Below, piece after piece: positions 25,073 to 33,675 of a DNA stretch of 59,846 bases (within the stretch, counting starts at the first letter, position 1; each line of letters begins with the position of its first letter). The translations under genes were made by a program, and so were the position numbers. The notes below the pieces were generated by a model. The model searched no databases. It saw nothing but the letters and a program-made list of their open reading frames with translations, and was not told where the DNA came from. This DNA is from a virus, in the IMG/VR virus record IMGVR_UViG_3300048823_000098, positions 1-59,846 of that record. One strand, 5' to 3'.

Positions 25073-27636
25073 TATCGTCCCCTCTTCGTATAGTTCGCGA
25101 GATTGGTCACGCGCTGTGCGTTGTAGCGCGCGAGCGCCTTCTCAGACGTATCCGCACGCATCACGTAGTCCTTGGCAGCGGCGAGCCCTTGTCGTGTTCC
25201 GAGTACGCCTGCCACGCCGTGCGTATTGGCATCGGCGATGTGCCCGAGCGTCGCCGTGATAGCGTTCGCGGCGTGGTTGGCGCCCTCACCGCTCTTCACC
25301 TGCACGCCCTGGGCGACAGCACCCTTGTACGAATCCTCGTACTTCAGGATGTTACCGGCATCGACGAGGTCTTCCCACTTCTGCATGCGCTCACGTGATT
25401 CGACACCCGTGTCCTTGTCCGGCGTCGCTCCCGGGCGGTGCATCTTATCTTCTACCGACTGCAGGTACTGGACGAAGTTCTTCTGATTCCAGCCGTTCTG
25501 CATCGCCCCCGCTTCGTGAGCCTGCGCTCCAACCTCGTCGCGAAACGCCTGATAGGCGCGCGAGATGTGGCGATCCATGTCCGCTGCGCCGGCCGCGTCG
25601 CCCCGGTCTGCCAGTATCTGACGCCCGTGCTTCAGTGTGTTCCAGTAAGACTCCACCTGAGGTGCAGTCGTGCTCGGCGAGAGGAGCGTATCCAACACCT
25701 TCACGCTAGGTATGCCGCGATTCTTCTCCGGGTTTTCTTCGTCCGGCCCCGGTGCGAACCGCTTGATAAACTTGTCGCGATCTATCAGTTCACCTTTCTG
25801 CGCACGTAGTCCGCGGGCATCCGCGGCGACATCTTCGCCGAGCCCTTTGGTCACCGTGTCGTCGATCATCGTCGCGATGCCTTCGTTCTCCTCGTCGCCG
25901 CGGATGAGGTGAACGGTTTCAGGCTTAGCGTTGTTGAGCGCGAACCGACGCAGAGATTCTGTGCGCTGTGGAGTCCATCCCCCTGGCAGACTGCCGAGAT
26001 ACTGCGCGCGCTGCTGCACGCCTTTCCACAACTTGGTGCCGGCCTCGGTTCCACTGAACAGCGACTCGTTGGCATCCATCCACGTATGGAAGGGCGTCAT
26101 GTCCACGTTGCCGCCGATACGCTTGAAGGCATCGTAGGCGCCCTGGACGTGCCCGCGCAGGTGGCCGACGAGTGCTGTCATCGCGTCAGCCACTGTCTGG
26201 CTGCGCGCAGCGCTGGCCGTCGGGTCGGCCTTGGCTCCGTTGGACATCTTGGCGACGCCCTTGTTCATCTGGTCGATGGAGTTATCGATCAGCGCGGCGG
26301 AGCGCGTGCGCAGATCCTTCGAGTTCGAGCCAATGGACGTGGCTACGTCGTCCCCGGTATCCCGGTAGTTGCTCTCCAGCAAGCTCGTATGTACTTCCGG
26401 CAGCGCGGGCAGCGCCCGCTGCAGAATAGCAGCACGGTTGTCGATCTCCGTCGGGTCGGTTATCGGGGGAGCGCCCTTACGGTTGGCCTCGTCGGCCGGC
26501 AGGGCGAATCGTGATTGCACGGGCCCGGGCGGTGTCTCCGGGGCTACAGGAGCGGCCTCAGGCGCCGATTCCGGTGTCTCTGGGGCTACCGGCGCGGCAG
26601 CGTCGGCAGCCGGCGCAGCGGGCTCCTGCTGGGCGGCGGCGCGCGGTTTGAGAGTGATATGGGGCTTGCCGGCGGGGATGGACGGTACTTCCGGGGTGGG
26701 TGCCGCAGGAGGAGGTGACGTCGGGGGACGGCTCTCGGGCAGTGCGGACTCTGGCGTAGCGCCCGCAGACGGCTTCCACGCGGTGTCATTCGTGCCCCCA
26801 GTCTCAGGGTTCCGCCAGATCGCGCCGCCCTCAGACTCGCCCTCACCGCCGAATGGAGCCGTGACCGACTCCAGCCCCTCACGGGCAGCGCCGGCAAACG
26901 CACGGGCAGCGCCGGCAAACGGCAGCAGAGTAGCCACGGCCTGCGCGTTGCGGCCGACGACGCCCGCGTAGCGGCCCAGGGCATTCTTTACGACGGCAGC
27001 GGCGGCCGGGGTCTGCTGCAGCAGGTACATGAACTGATCAGCCTGGGGGAGCATGGCCCGCAGCATGTTCTCCTGCTGATCGGTGAATTGATCGCCGAAA
27101 TTCTTTCGCGCCCATCCGTCCACCGCGCGCATCCCTTCCGGGGTAGTCATTGCTTGCGTCGCGCTGGAAAGAAACTCGCCGGGTACGGCGCCCATCTTAT
27201 CGCCCGCGGCAGCGTAGACGGAGTTCGGATGCCAAGTCGCTTTGTCCCGCCACGCTTTAGCGAGCGCGTCATTCGCCTCGGCGCTGTTGGTGATTCCGAA
27301 GTCTCCCGCTACCGCGCCGACTGCCTGCGCGCCTATAGCGTTCCACGCGTGCATCACGGCTCCGCCGCCGAATTCCTCCGCACCTTTGTAGAAGTCTGCA
27401 GCAGTGGAGAGCGCGGCGGCGACGTCGGGGTTCGTACCCGTGCTGGTGTGCACCTGCGCAGCGATGGCTGGATCAAGCGTCTTGTTACCGACCGCAGTTG
27501 CGGTCGGGCTGACCCCGGTCATGTTGCTCGCCTGCGGGTCCGGCGTAAACTCCGTCGACGGATCGAAGTCGCCAGTAGCGTCCGGCGTGAATTCTTTCGA
27601 CGCGTCGAACGGAGCGTCTGCGGCAACCTGTTGCAT
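25072..27636 (-). CDS. Large virion/ejection-type protein (854 aa)
   Basis: Synteny. Pro/Ala-rich central linker. TAATG coupling at both ends. Confidence 0.65.
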   Translation of the reverse strand: MQQVAADAPFDASKEFTPDATGDFDPSTEFTPDPQASNMTGVSPTATAVGNKTLDPAIAAQVHTSTGTNPDVAAALSTAADFYKGAEEFGGGAVMHAWNAIGAQAVGAVAGDFGITNSAEANDALAKAWRDKATWHPNSVYAAAGDKMGAVPGEFLSSATQAMTTPEGMRAVDGWARKNFGDQFTDQQENMLRAMLPQADQFMYLLQQTPAAAAVVKNALGRYAGVVGRNAQAVATLLPFAGAARAFAGAAREGLESVTAPFGGEGESEGGAIWRNPETGGTNDTAWKPSAGATPESALPESRPPTSPPPAAPTPEVPSIPAGKPHITLKPRAAAQQEPAAPAADAAAPVAPETPESAPEAAPVAPETPPGPVQSRFALPADEANRKGAPPITDPTEIDNRAAILQRALPALPEVHTSLLESNYRDTGDDVATSIGSNSKDLRTRSAALIDNSIDQMNKGVAKMSNGAKADPTASAARSQTVADAMTALVGHLRGHVQGAYDAFKRIGGNVDMTPFHTWMDANESLFSGTEAGTKLWKGVQQRAQYLGSLPGGWTPQRTESLRRFALNNAKPETVHLIRGDEENEGIATMIDDTVTKGLGEDVAADARGLRAQKGELIDRDKFIKRFAPGPDEENPEKNRGIPSVKVLDTLLSPSTTAPQVESYWNTLKHGRQILADRGDAAGAADMDRHISRAYQAFRDEVGAQAHEAGAMQNGWNQKNFVQYLQSVEDKMHRPGATPDKDTGVESRERMQKWEDLVDAGNILKYEDSYKGAVAQGVQVKSGEGANHAANAITATLGHIADANTHGVAGVLGTRQGLAAAKDYVMRADTSEKALARYNAQRVTNLANYTKRGR

Positions 27637-29810
27637 TACTGCGCTACCGCGGGGGCAAGTTTAAAGCCTGCCTTCTCTGCCGCCTTCTGGCGGCTGGCGG
27701 CTACCGGGCCGCCAATGCCGTCAGGACTTATCATGCGCACCATCGGAGGATGGGCCGCAGCGCTGATGGCGGCGGAACGCGGGAAGTAGTGTGCATAGTT
27801 TTTGCCGTAGTTGTCTGGATCGACGCCAAACTGCATCGCGGCGGGTATACGTCCGGCGGCAAGATTCGTGTAGTTCGCTTGCTCGATGCTCGTGTTCAGC
27901 AGATCCACCGCGGACTTGGTGTCCATCTTATCCAGATTCGGCGTCGCCTTGTTGGCGTTGAATTCCAGCGCTGTCGCTGATTTTGGTGCGCCTCCAGAAG
28001 CCATTTGGGTCTCCGCGCCCATCGCTAGGTACTTCGCAGCCTCTGCACGCTTCTCACCCGTGATATTTTGAATGCCGTTCTGCGCGGCCCACTGCGTGAA
28101 CGCGCCGGGTAAACCGGTGCCAAGCGCCGACAGCGGCTGATTGTCGTACTTGCCTGTCAGGATGTCGCGAGCGAGAGTGAAGTTGGTGATCGCCTGCTGT
28201 GCGCTTGCCGTCGCCTGCTCTCCCCACTGCTTCAGTTCAGGGACCGCTTGATTGTACCGAGCCTGATTGGCTAGCTGGGTGCCGTTCATCGTCGTGTTGG
28301 GCCCGTTGCCCTGGTTGTCGGGATCGCCGCCCTGTGCGCCGGGTGTGTTGTGCGCGTGGGTGTAGCGGTCTCGCAGGAACACCGGCCATACGTCAGCGTC
28401 CTTTGCTCCAGGCAGCGGGGTGCCGAGATATTCGGCAGGGATGCCTTGTGGATCGATCGGACGCGGACGATTGATGTCTTCCGCGAAGGTGCCAACGGGT
28501 GGCGTAGGATACTGAGAGCGGTTGGACATCGGTGCGGTGCCGGTGGGGCTGCGCGCGGCGGAGTTGGGCGGAGCGTCAGCTCGTGCCTGATCTTGAACCT
28601 GACCGGCGATCTTCGTTTCGTGCTTGAAGGGAGCGCTGCCACGCACTTGAGTGGATCCCAGCGGAGATCCGCCTAATGCGAGCATCCTCGCGACTCCCGC
28701 CTCGATGGTGGTGGCGCCCAGGCCTCCAAACTTTAGAGGTGCCGCATACATCGACTGCGTCCACGAGCCGCCCTTACCGTCAGTGATGGTTTTCGGCTCC
28801 AGCAGTGACTTGTACATCTGAACGCGCTGTTCCATCGATAGGCCTGATCGGCCAGCACCGGGGACAGGGATGCCGGTCTCGGCATCGATAGGCGTACCGT
28901 CCGGCAGATGCGCGATGGGTCGCTTGGTGTACATATGCACTTCGCCCGCGACGTGCGTAGCGTAAGCCATCGCGTCAGCTTCCTGCTCCACCGGATCCTT
29001 CACCTTGGATTTGATGCGCGCAGCGACGTTGGGGTCAATGGCATCCAACGTATGCAGCGCGTTACCGTTCTCGCCGGCTTCCACAACTGAACGCATTCGG
29101 TCGAAGATGCTGGCGGCCTGCAGTGTGGAGTTCGCGTGACGCTGCTGGATACCGAGATCGCGCTGGGCCTTCGCCTGCTCTAGCGCGCCGAGAGCATCGC
29201 CGGCCACACCCCCCGCTGCGGGAATGAATCCGGCTATCCCGTTCAGCGTCCCGGCCCGACGCATAGCGTTCGTGACAGCTTGCTGTTCTTGCGGAGTGCC
29301 GGCGTCGTTCACTGCCAGCGCTTTATGGAGTCCTTGATCCAGGCGTCCGATATACCCGGCGTCCAGCCCCGAGGAGTCATCGACGGGGGTCGGTGCGACT
29401 CCAGACTTGGTTGCCGCAGGTACGGGGACTCCGCCGGCAGCCGGCGGAAGCGCAGCATGCTGCCTGTCAATCGCATCGTTCTCTGCTTGCGTCAGCGCGG
29501 CGTTAGGATCCTGGCCCGCCGGGAATCCGCCCGGGGTGGTGGCGGCGCCGGAAGCACCGGATTGACCGCCGCTCGAGTCACTGGCGGCGTTCTGCTGACC
29601 CTGCTGATCCTGCTGCTGCAGCTGTTGCATCTGCTGCATGATGTAGGGCATCGCGGCCTGAGCCATCGTATTCTGCTGCTGCATCCCCTGCGTCTGCGCC
29701 GCAGCTCGATCAGCCTCGTAGCCTGTCAGACGCTGTTGCTGCTGACCCTGGCCGAAGCTGTTGAGCAGGGAACCCCAATCGGTAACGCCCAGCCCGGTTA
29801 TATCTGACAT
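27636..29810 (-). CDS. Large virion/ejection-type protein (724 aa) with Gln-rich N-terminus
   Basis: Synteny. Long ORF with coding-like composition. Confidence 0.65.
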   Translation of the reverse strand: MSDITGLGVTDWGSLLNSFGQGQQQQRLTGYEADRAAAQTQGMQQQNTMAQAAMPYIMQQMQQLQQQDQQGQQNAASDSSGGQSGASGAATTPGGFPAGQDPNAALTQAENDAIDRQHAALPPAAGGVPVPAATKSGVAPTPVDDSSGLDAGYIGRLDQGLHKALAVNDAGTPQEQQAVTNAMRRAGTLNGIAGFIPAAGGVAGDALGALEQAKAQRDLGIQQRHANSTLQAASIFDRMRSVVEAGENGNALHTLDAIDPNVAARIKSKVKDPVEQEADAMAYATHVAGEVHMYTKRPIAHLPDGTPIDAETGIPVPGAGRSGLSMEQRVQMYKSLLEPKTITDGKGGSWTQSMYAAPLKFGGLGATTIEAGVARMLALGGSPLGSTQVRGSAPFKHETKIAGQVQDQARADAPPNSAARSPTGTAPMSNRSQYPTPPVGTFAEDINRPRPIDPQGIPAEYLGTPLPGAKDADVWPVFLRDRYTHAHNTPGAQGGDPDNQGNGPNTTMNGTQLANQARYNQAVPELKQWGEQATASAQQAITNFTLARDILTGKYDNQPLSALGTGLPGAFTQWAAQNGIQNITGEKRAEAAKYLAMGAETQMASGGAPKSATALEFNANKATPNLDKMDTKSAVDLLNTSIEQANYTNLAAGRIPAAMQFGVDPDNYGKNYAHYFPRSAAISAAAHPPMVRMISPDGIGGPVAASRQKAAEKAGFKLAPAVAQ

Positions 29811-29823
29811 TTAGCCATACCCC

Positions 29824-30786
29824 TTACGTGTTGCCCCAGTATGTTCCGTTGTCGCTGATGCTACCCAACAGAGACTGCATGCTCTGCATCCATTGCGCCT
29901 GACTCACGCCCCACCCAGCGGCGCCGCCCGTCGCATTGAAGATAGATTCCATATTCGCCTGCGCCGTCGCTGCGCCTGCGTTTAGCTGCGCCTGCGTAGC
30001 CGGGGCACTCGTATTCGACTGTCCGCTTAGGATGTTAGTCGGACCGGTGGTCGTTGTCACGGTACTGCCGAACAAATTTCCCGTCATCGTGCCGCCGGGA
30101 TTGATACCGCTGCTCTGGTCGTACTGCGCCTGAGTCTGCGGCCCCGCGGCAGCAAGTTGCTCTGCGATGGAATCTTTTTCCAGCTCGCCCGAGTATTGCT
30201 GACCTATCCAGCTAGGCGTTGTCGTGCCATCGGTCTTGTAGATCTCGCCGGATCCTTGCGTCTCCTCACTGCCGAGGCCAACGCCAACACCGCCCAACTC
30301 AGCGACGGTGTTGCCACTCGCTAGCTTTGCGTTCGTCTCGCCCGGGAGCATGGACTTTTCAGTATCTGGCACGTTCGCAGGGTCGATGGCGTTGTAATCG
30401 ATCATGCCCAGCTCGGCTCCGACGCCTGCAATGCCCAACGCTGCGGTAAGTGACGACGCCGTATCCGTTCCGATCAGCCCCGCCTGACCCGCGATCTTCG
30501 CGGCGCCACTCGCTGCCTGAATATCCGACACCGGGTTCTGGCCGCCCTGCAGCGCCGCGCCTACGATGCTAGACAAGCCTCCCATATACGCCGAGGTACC
30601 CGCGGGCAGTGTAACCAATCCCGTGGAGTTGCCCAGTTTCGCCACACTGCCGATGGCGTTGAGATCCGCAATCGGATTCGTGCCTCCTGTTTCAACCGCA
30701 CCGAGGACACCCGTGCCCGCGCCGAGCGAGGAGCTTAATCCGCCGGGTAGCGAAGGCAGTCCGCCGGTCGCCGAGTCCGAATTCAT
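29824..30786 (-). CDS. Gly/Ser/Thr/Ala/Asn-rich low-complexity virion protein (320 aa)
   Basis: ORF in the structural operon. Almost no charged residues. Confidence 0.6.
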   Translation of the reverse strand: MNSDSATGGLPSLPGGLSSSLGAGTGVLGAVETGGTNPIADLNAIGSVAKLGNSTGLVTLPAGTSAYMGGLSSIVGAALQGGQNPVSDIQAASGAAKIAGQAGLIGTDTASSLTAALGIAGVGAELGMIDYNAIDPANVPDTEKSMLPGETNAKLASGNTVAELGGVGVGLGSEETQGSGEIYKTDGTTTPSWIGQQYSGELEKDSIAEQLAAAGPQTQAQYDQSSGINPGGTMTGNLFGSTVTTTTGPTNILSGQSNTSAPATQAQLNAGAATAQANMESIFNATGGAAGWGVSQAQWMQSMQSLLGSISDNGTYWGNT

Positions 30787-30872
30787 CTGACCCGATACCG
30801 CGGCGTCTACCGGGTTTACACTTCCACTTGAAAGAGCGCCAACAGGGTTAGTGGACCCCGCCGCTGACGCGC

Positions 30873-31973
30873 CTAAAAACCCGAGCTGAAGTCGTACCCG
30901 CCGCCGCCACTATCCGTCAAGCTGGTAAGATTGGCGTTGTTGTCGGCGGCAGCGTTGCTGAGGTCGGCGCTCGTGTTACCTGTTAGATAGTTCGACGGCG
31001 TCTGCAGTCCTGCGCCGCTTCCATCGAACGGGTTTGAGGTGTTGCTCAACCCTGGCGAAGCTCCCCCCACGATACCGCTGCTCGTGAGCCCGAGCCCGGG
31101 ATTACCTGTCGTAACGCCCGATGCGTTCGCGCCGGTTCCCGTTAGACTTTTGATGAGACTGCCGGCCGAGTTACCGATGGTGTTCGCCAGTGGCAGCAAC
31201 GCGCTGGTCGTACCTGCAACGCCGCTTGAATTCGCGACGCCCGCGTTCTGCTGCAGCTGTGAGATGTTGGCGCCTGTCTGCAGGTTCGAATTGATATTCG
31301 ACTGATCCAACTGCGAGATGTTGGTGCCGGTCTGAATGTTGGAGTTCGCAACAGCCTGACTGCCCGTCGAGCCGAGCTGTCCCGCCTGAATCAGACTCTG
31401 CACGTAGTTGTTGTAGGCCGGCAGCGCGACATTGCCCGCGATGTAGTTACCGATCTGCGCAGAGGTACCCGAGTTGCCCAACGCACCGAATGAAGCATAG
31501 TTGTTATTCTGCGCGGTCTCCGCAGTACCGACTGCCTGGGTCAATCCCGGTATATTCTGAATGCTGAAACCGGATCCTGGTGTCAACGCGTTGGTGAGAT
31601 TCCCGAAAGCGCTGTTACCTGCGGCGATCTGCGGCTGGAAGAGTGCGGTGTTGGTCGATTGGTTGTTCAGCTGCGTGTTGATGCCGCTGTTGATGAGCCC
31701 GGTGTTGGTCGTCTGCACACCCTGCTGAGTGCCGATAGCGTTGTTGATCCCCGTCACCTGCGCGCCGGCCGCCGAGCTGGAGCCGAGGGCGCCGCCGACA
31801 GCGGTACCAAGTCCGCTGATCAGCGCGCCATAGTTGATCGAGCCGTCAGCGTTGACGAACGACTGGGACGGGCTACCGGTACTGGCTCCCGCGACCGTTG
31901 CGCCGGGTGCAACCGCTGTCTGCTGTCCGCCCATATATGCAGGTCCACCGCTGATTGCAGAAACGCCGGCCAT
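30873..31973 (-). CDS. Gly/Asn/Ser/Thr/Gln-rich low-complexity virion protein (366 aa)
   Basis: ORF in the structural operon. Contains the internal repeat QTG(T/A)NISQL. Confidence 0.6.
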   Translation of the reverse strand: MAGVSAISGGPAYMGGQQTAVAPGATVAGASTGSPSQSFVNADGSINYGALISGLGTAVGGALGSSSAAGAQVTGINNAIGTQQGVQTTNTGLINSGINTQLNNQSTNTALFQPQIAAGNSAFGNLTNALTPGSGFSIQNIPGLTQAVGTAETAQNNNYASFGALGNSGTSAQIGNYIAGNVALPAYNNYVQSLIQAGQLGSTGSQAVANSNIQTGTNISQLDQSNINSNLQTGANISQLQQNAGVANSSGVAGTTSALLPLANTIGNSAGSLIKSLTGTGANASGVTTGNPGLGLTSSGIVGGASPGLSNTSNPFDGSGAGLQTPSNYLTGNTSADLSNAAADNNANLTSLTDSGGGGYDFSSGF

Positions 31974-31976
31974 GTT

Positions 31977-32474
31977 TTATTTTCCTGTTAGCGAGTCGCG
32001 CTCGGCCCAGCACTGCTGCAGCTCTGCGTAGTCGTGTCGCAAGGCGTCGGCGAGTTCGAGCCCGAGCCCTGCAGGTACGTCTCCCAGTCCTTCAGCGCTT
32101 GCGGCGCTGCCGGCGGATCCCGCGGCGGGGGTGCTGGCACCTTCCACTGCGGCGTTGACACTGCTGTGACCAGCGGCGCGCTCGCGCAGCCGCTTAAGAT
32201 CAGCGTCGTGCTGATTAGAGGCATCAGCCAATTGCTTTTCATAGTCGTCCTTCACCTTCGCCGCAGTGGCGGCGTACTGTTGATCGAGATCATTGATTCG
32301 AAGCTGGGCCGCGTGCTCCGCCTTGGCAGTCGCGGTCTGCACGGCTGCGCTCACCGCTGCTGCGCCCTTCACCTGTTCGACGTGATCGTGATGGAACCAG
32401 AAGATCACAGCCGCTACCGCGATACCGGCGTAGAGCCAGTCGCGGAAAGGAATTAACTTCGCGAGGAGGGGCAT
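31977..32474 (-). CDS. Rz: i-spanin (Rz-like)
   Basis: N-terminal TM LYAGIAVAAVIFWF followed by a long helical, charged periplasmic region. Contains the embedded o-spanin. Confidence 0.8.
   Translation of the reverse strand: MPLLAKLIPFRDWLYAGIAVAAVIFWFHHDHVEQVKGAAAVSAAVQTATAKAEHAAQLRINDLDQQYAATAAKVKDDYEKQLADASNQHDADLKRLRERAAGHSSVNAAVEGASTPAAGSAGSAASAEGLGDVPAGLGLELADALRHDYAELQQCWAERDSLTGK
31988..32242 (-). CDS. Rz1: o-spanin (Rz1-like), fully embedded in the +1 frame of Rz
   Basis: Lipobox LILSGC followed by a Pro-rich mature region. Confidence 0.8.
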   Translation of the reverse strand: MKSNWLMPLISTTLILSGCASAPLVTAVSTPQWKVPAPPPRDPPAAPQALKDWETYLQGSGSNSPTPCDTTTQSCSSAGPSATR

Positions 32475-32629
32475 GGGGCGTCTGGCTCCTTGTCGTCACG
32501 GACATTTGACCAATGGTAGAGCCCGATCATCGCCGGCAGCGCGGTACACGCGGCTGCGAATTCGGCGGGGCCCGGATGTTGGAACACATAGGTCATCATG
32601 GATGTACTGAAAGCGGTGATGCTAGCCAT
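32453..32629 (-). CDS. Putative small two-TM holin (58 aa; the ORF could start at 32710)
   Basis: Lies between the endolysin and the spanins. Two hydrophobic segments and a charged C-terminus. Confidence 0.45.
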   Translation of the reverse strand: MASITAFSTSMMTYVFQHPGPAEFAAACTALPAMIGLYHWSNVRDDKEPDAPCPSSRS

Positions 32630-32654
32630 GATGAACCAGTCGCGAATGTCCTGC

Positions 32655-33086
32655 TTACTGCTCACAGAACAGACTCCACTCAGCAGCGCGGCGTCGGTCG
32701 AGTCCGGCATTCTGCCGACCGCTGATATGATCCCATTCCTTAAGAGCGCGCTGCTCGTCGAGGGCGTTCCCTGAATTGATATCCTTCACCAGCGTGGAGC
32801 TGTGGAAGTTGCCCGAGCCAATGTTGAAGCAAAGCGAGCACAGGGCATCGAATTGGTTCTGCGATAGCGCGACAGTGACCGAGTGGCTCACCGCAGCTTC
32901 GGTCGTCGCAATGTCCAGCAGGAAGTGCGAGTCGGCCTGCTCCTGAGTCCAAACTAACCCAGGGACAACGTCGGGACCCGTGTGACCCCAGCCGATAGTC
33001 CGTATGCCGCGCAAATCCAGGTAGACCGTCAGCCGGCACTCCTCGAAGCTCTGGATGAGCGCTGCGCCAGTGGGGCTAATCTTCAT
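32655..33086 (-). CDS. Endolysin, T4-lysozyme-like (GH24) muramidase
   Basis: E-x8-D-x5-T triad in FEECRLTVYLDLRGIRTIGWGHT. ATGA overlap with the upstream gene. Confidence 0.85.
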   Translation of the reverse strand: MKISPTGAALIQSFEECRLTVYLDLRGIRTIGWGHTGPDVVPGLVWTQEQADSHFLLDIATTEAAVSHSVTVALSQNQFDALCSLCFNIGSGNFHSSTLVKDINSGNALDEQRALKEWDHISGRQNAGLDRRRAAEWSLFCEQ

Positions 33087-33340
33087 GACGCGTGGTGACC
33101 GCCGATATACCCGGCCAACGCTCCGAGGAGTGAGCCGGCCGCCACTGTGAGGCGACCCCACACCTTTGCTTCACCGCGCTGAACGGACTGATGGTTCTCA
33201 ACGGCGGCCACGCGTTTCTCCACCTCGTTGTCATCTGAGACGTGACGATTAAATGCGCCCTGCAGGGAATCCAACTTGCCGTCGATAGTCCCGAGTGTAT
33301 GGGACATTTCCAATGCCCACTGCGGTGCGTCGCTGTTCAT
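33083..33340 (-). CDS. Small protein with C-terminal TM (85 aa), holin/antiholin candidate
   Basis: C-terminal VWGRLTVAAGSLLGALAGYIGG. Immediately upstream of the endolysin. Confidence 0.5.
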   Translation of the reverse strand: MNSDAPQWALEMSHTLGTIDGKLDSLQGAFNRHVSDDNEVEKRVAAVENHQSVQRGEAKVWGRLTVAAGSLLGALAGYIGGHHAS

Positions 33341-33675
33341 ACCTTGTAGAATCCTGCGGCTTTTAGGTCCGCGATAAGTTTAGCCACCGCAGCGGAGGTT
33401 TGCGCGAGTGTGGCCGAAGCGCCGGGGAAGTTCGTCAGTATCGAAGCGCCCGTGGGTGTGCCGACTCCTGACGCCTGCGACGCCAAAGCAATCGTGCCTG
33501 GAAGCTGTTCAGTGCCCGTGATCGAGATGCCCGGGCCGGTGATCGCATTACGGTAGTCCGCGTTCTGCAGGTGATCCGTGACGAAGCGACGAAACCATTG
33601 CGCGGTCCACTCAGAAGCTACGCTACGGATCGCATTGCCGTTGATGCCCTTCGGTATGGTGAGATTGATCGTCAT
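33337..33675 (-). CDS. Hypothetical virion protein (112 aa, in the gp26-slot position)
   Basis: ORF coupled to its neighbours by overlaps. Confidence 0.55.
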   Translation of the reverse strand: MTINLTIPKGINGNAIRSVASEWTAQWFRRFVTDHLQNADYRNAITGPGISITGTEQLPGTIALASQASGVGTPTGASILTNFPGASATLAQTSAAVAKLIADLKAAGFYKV

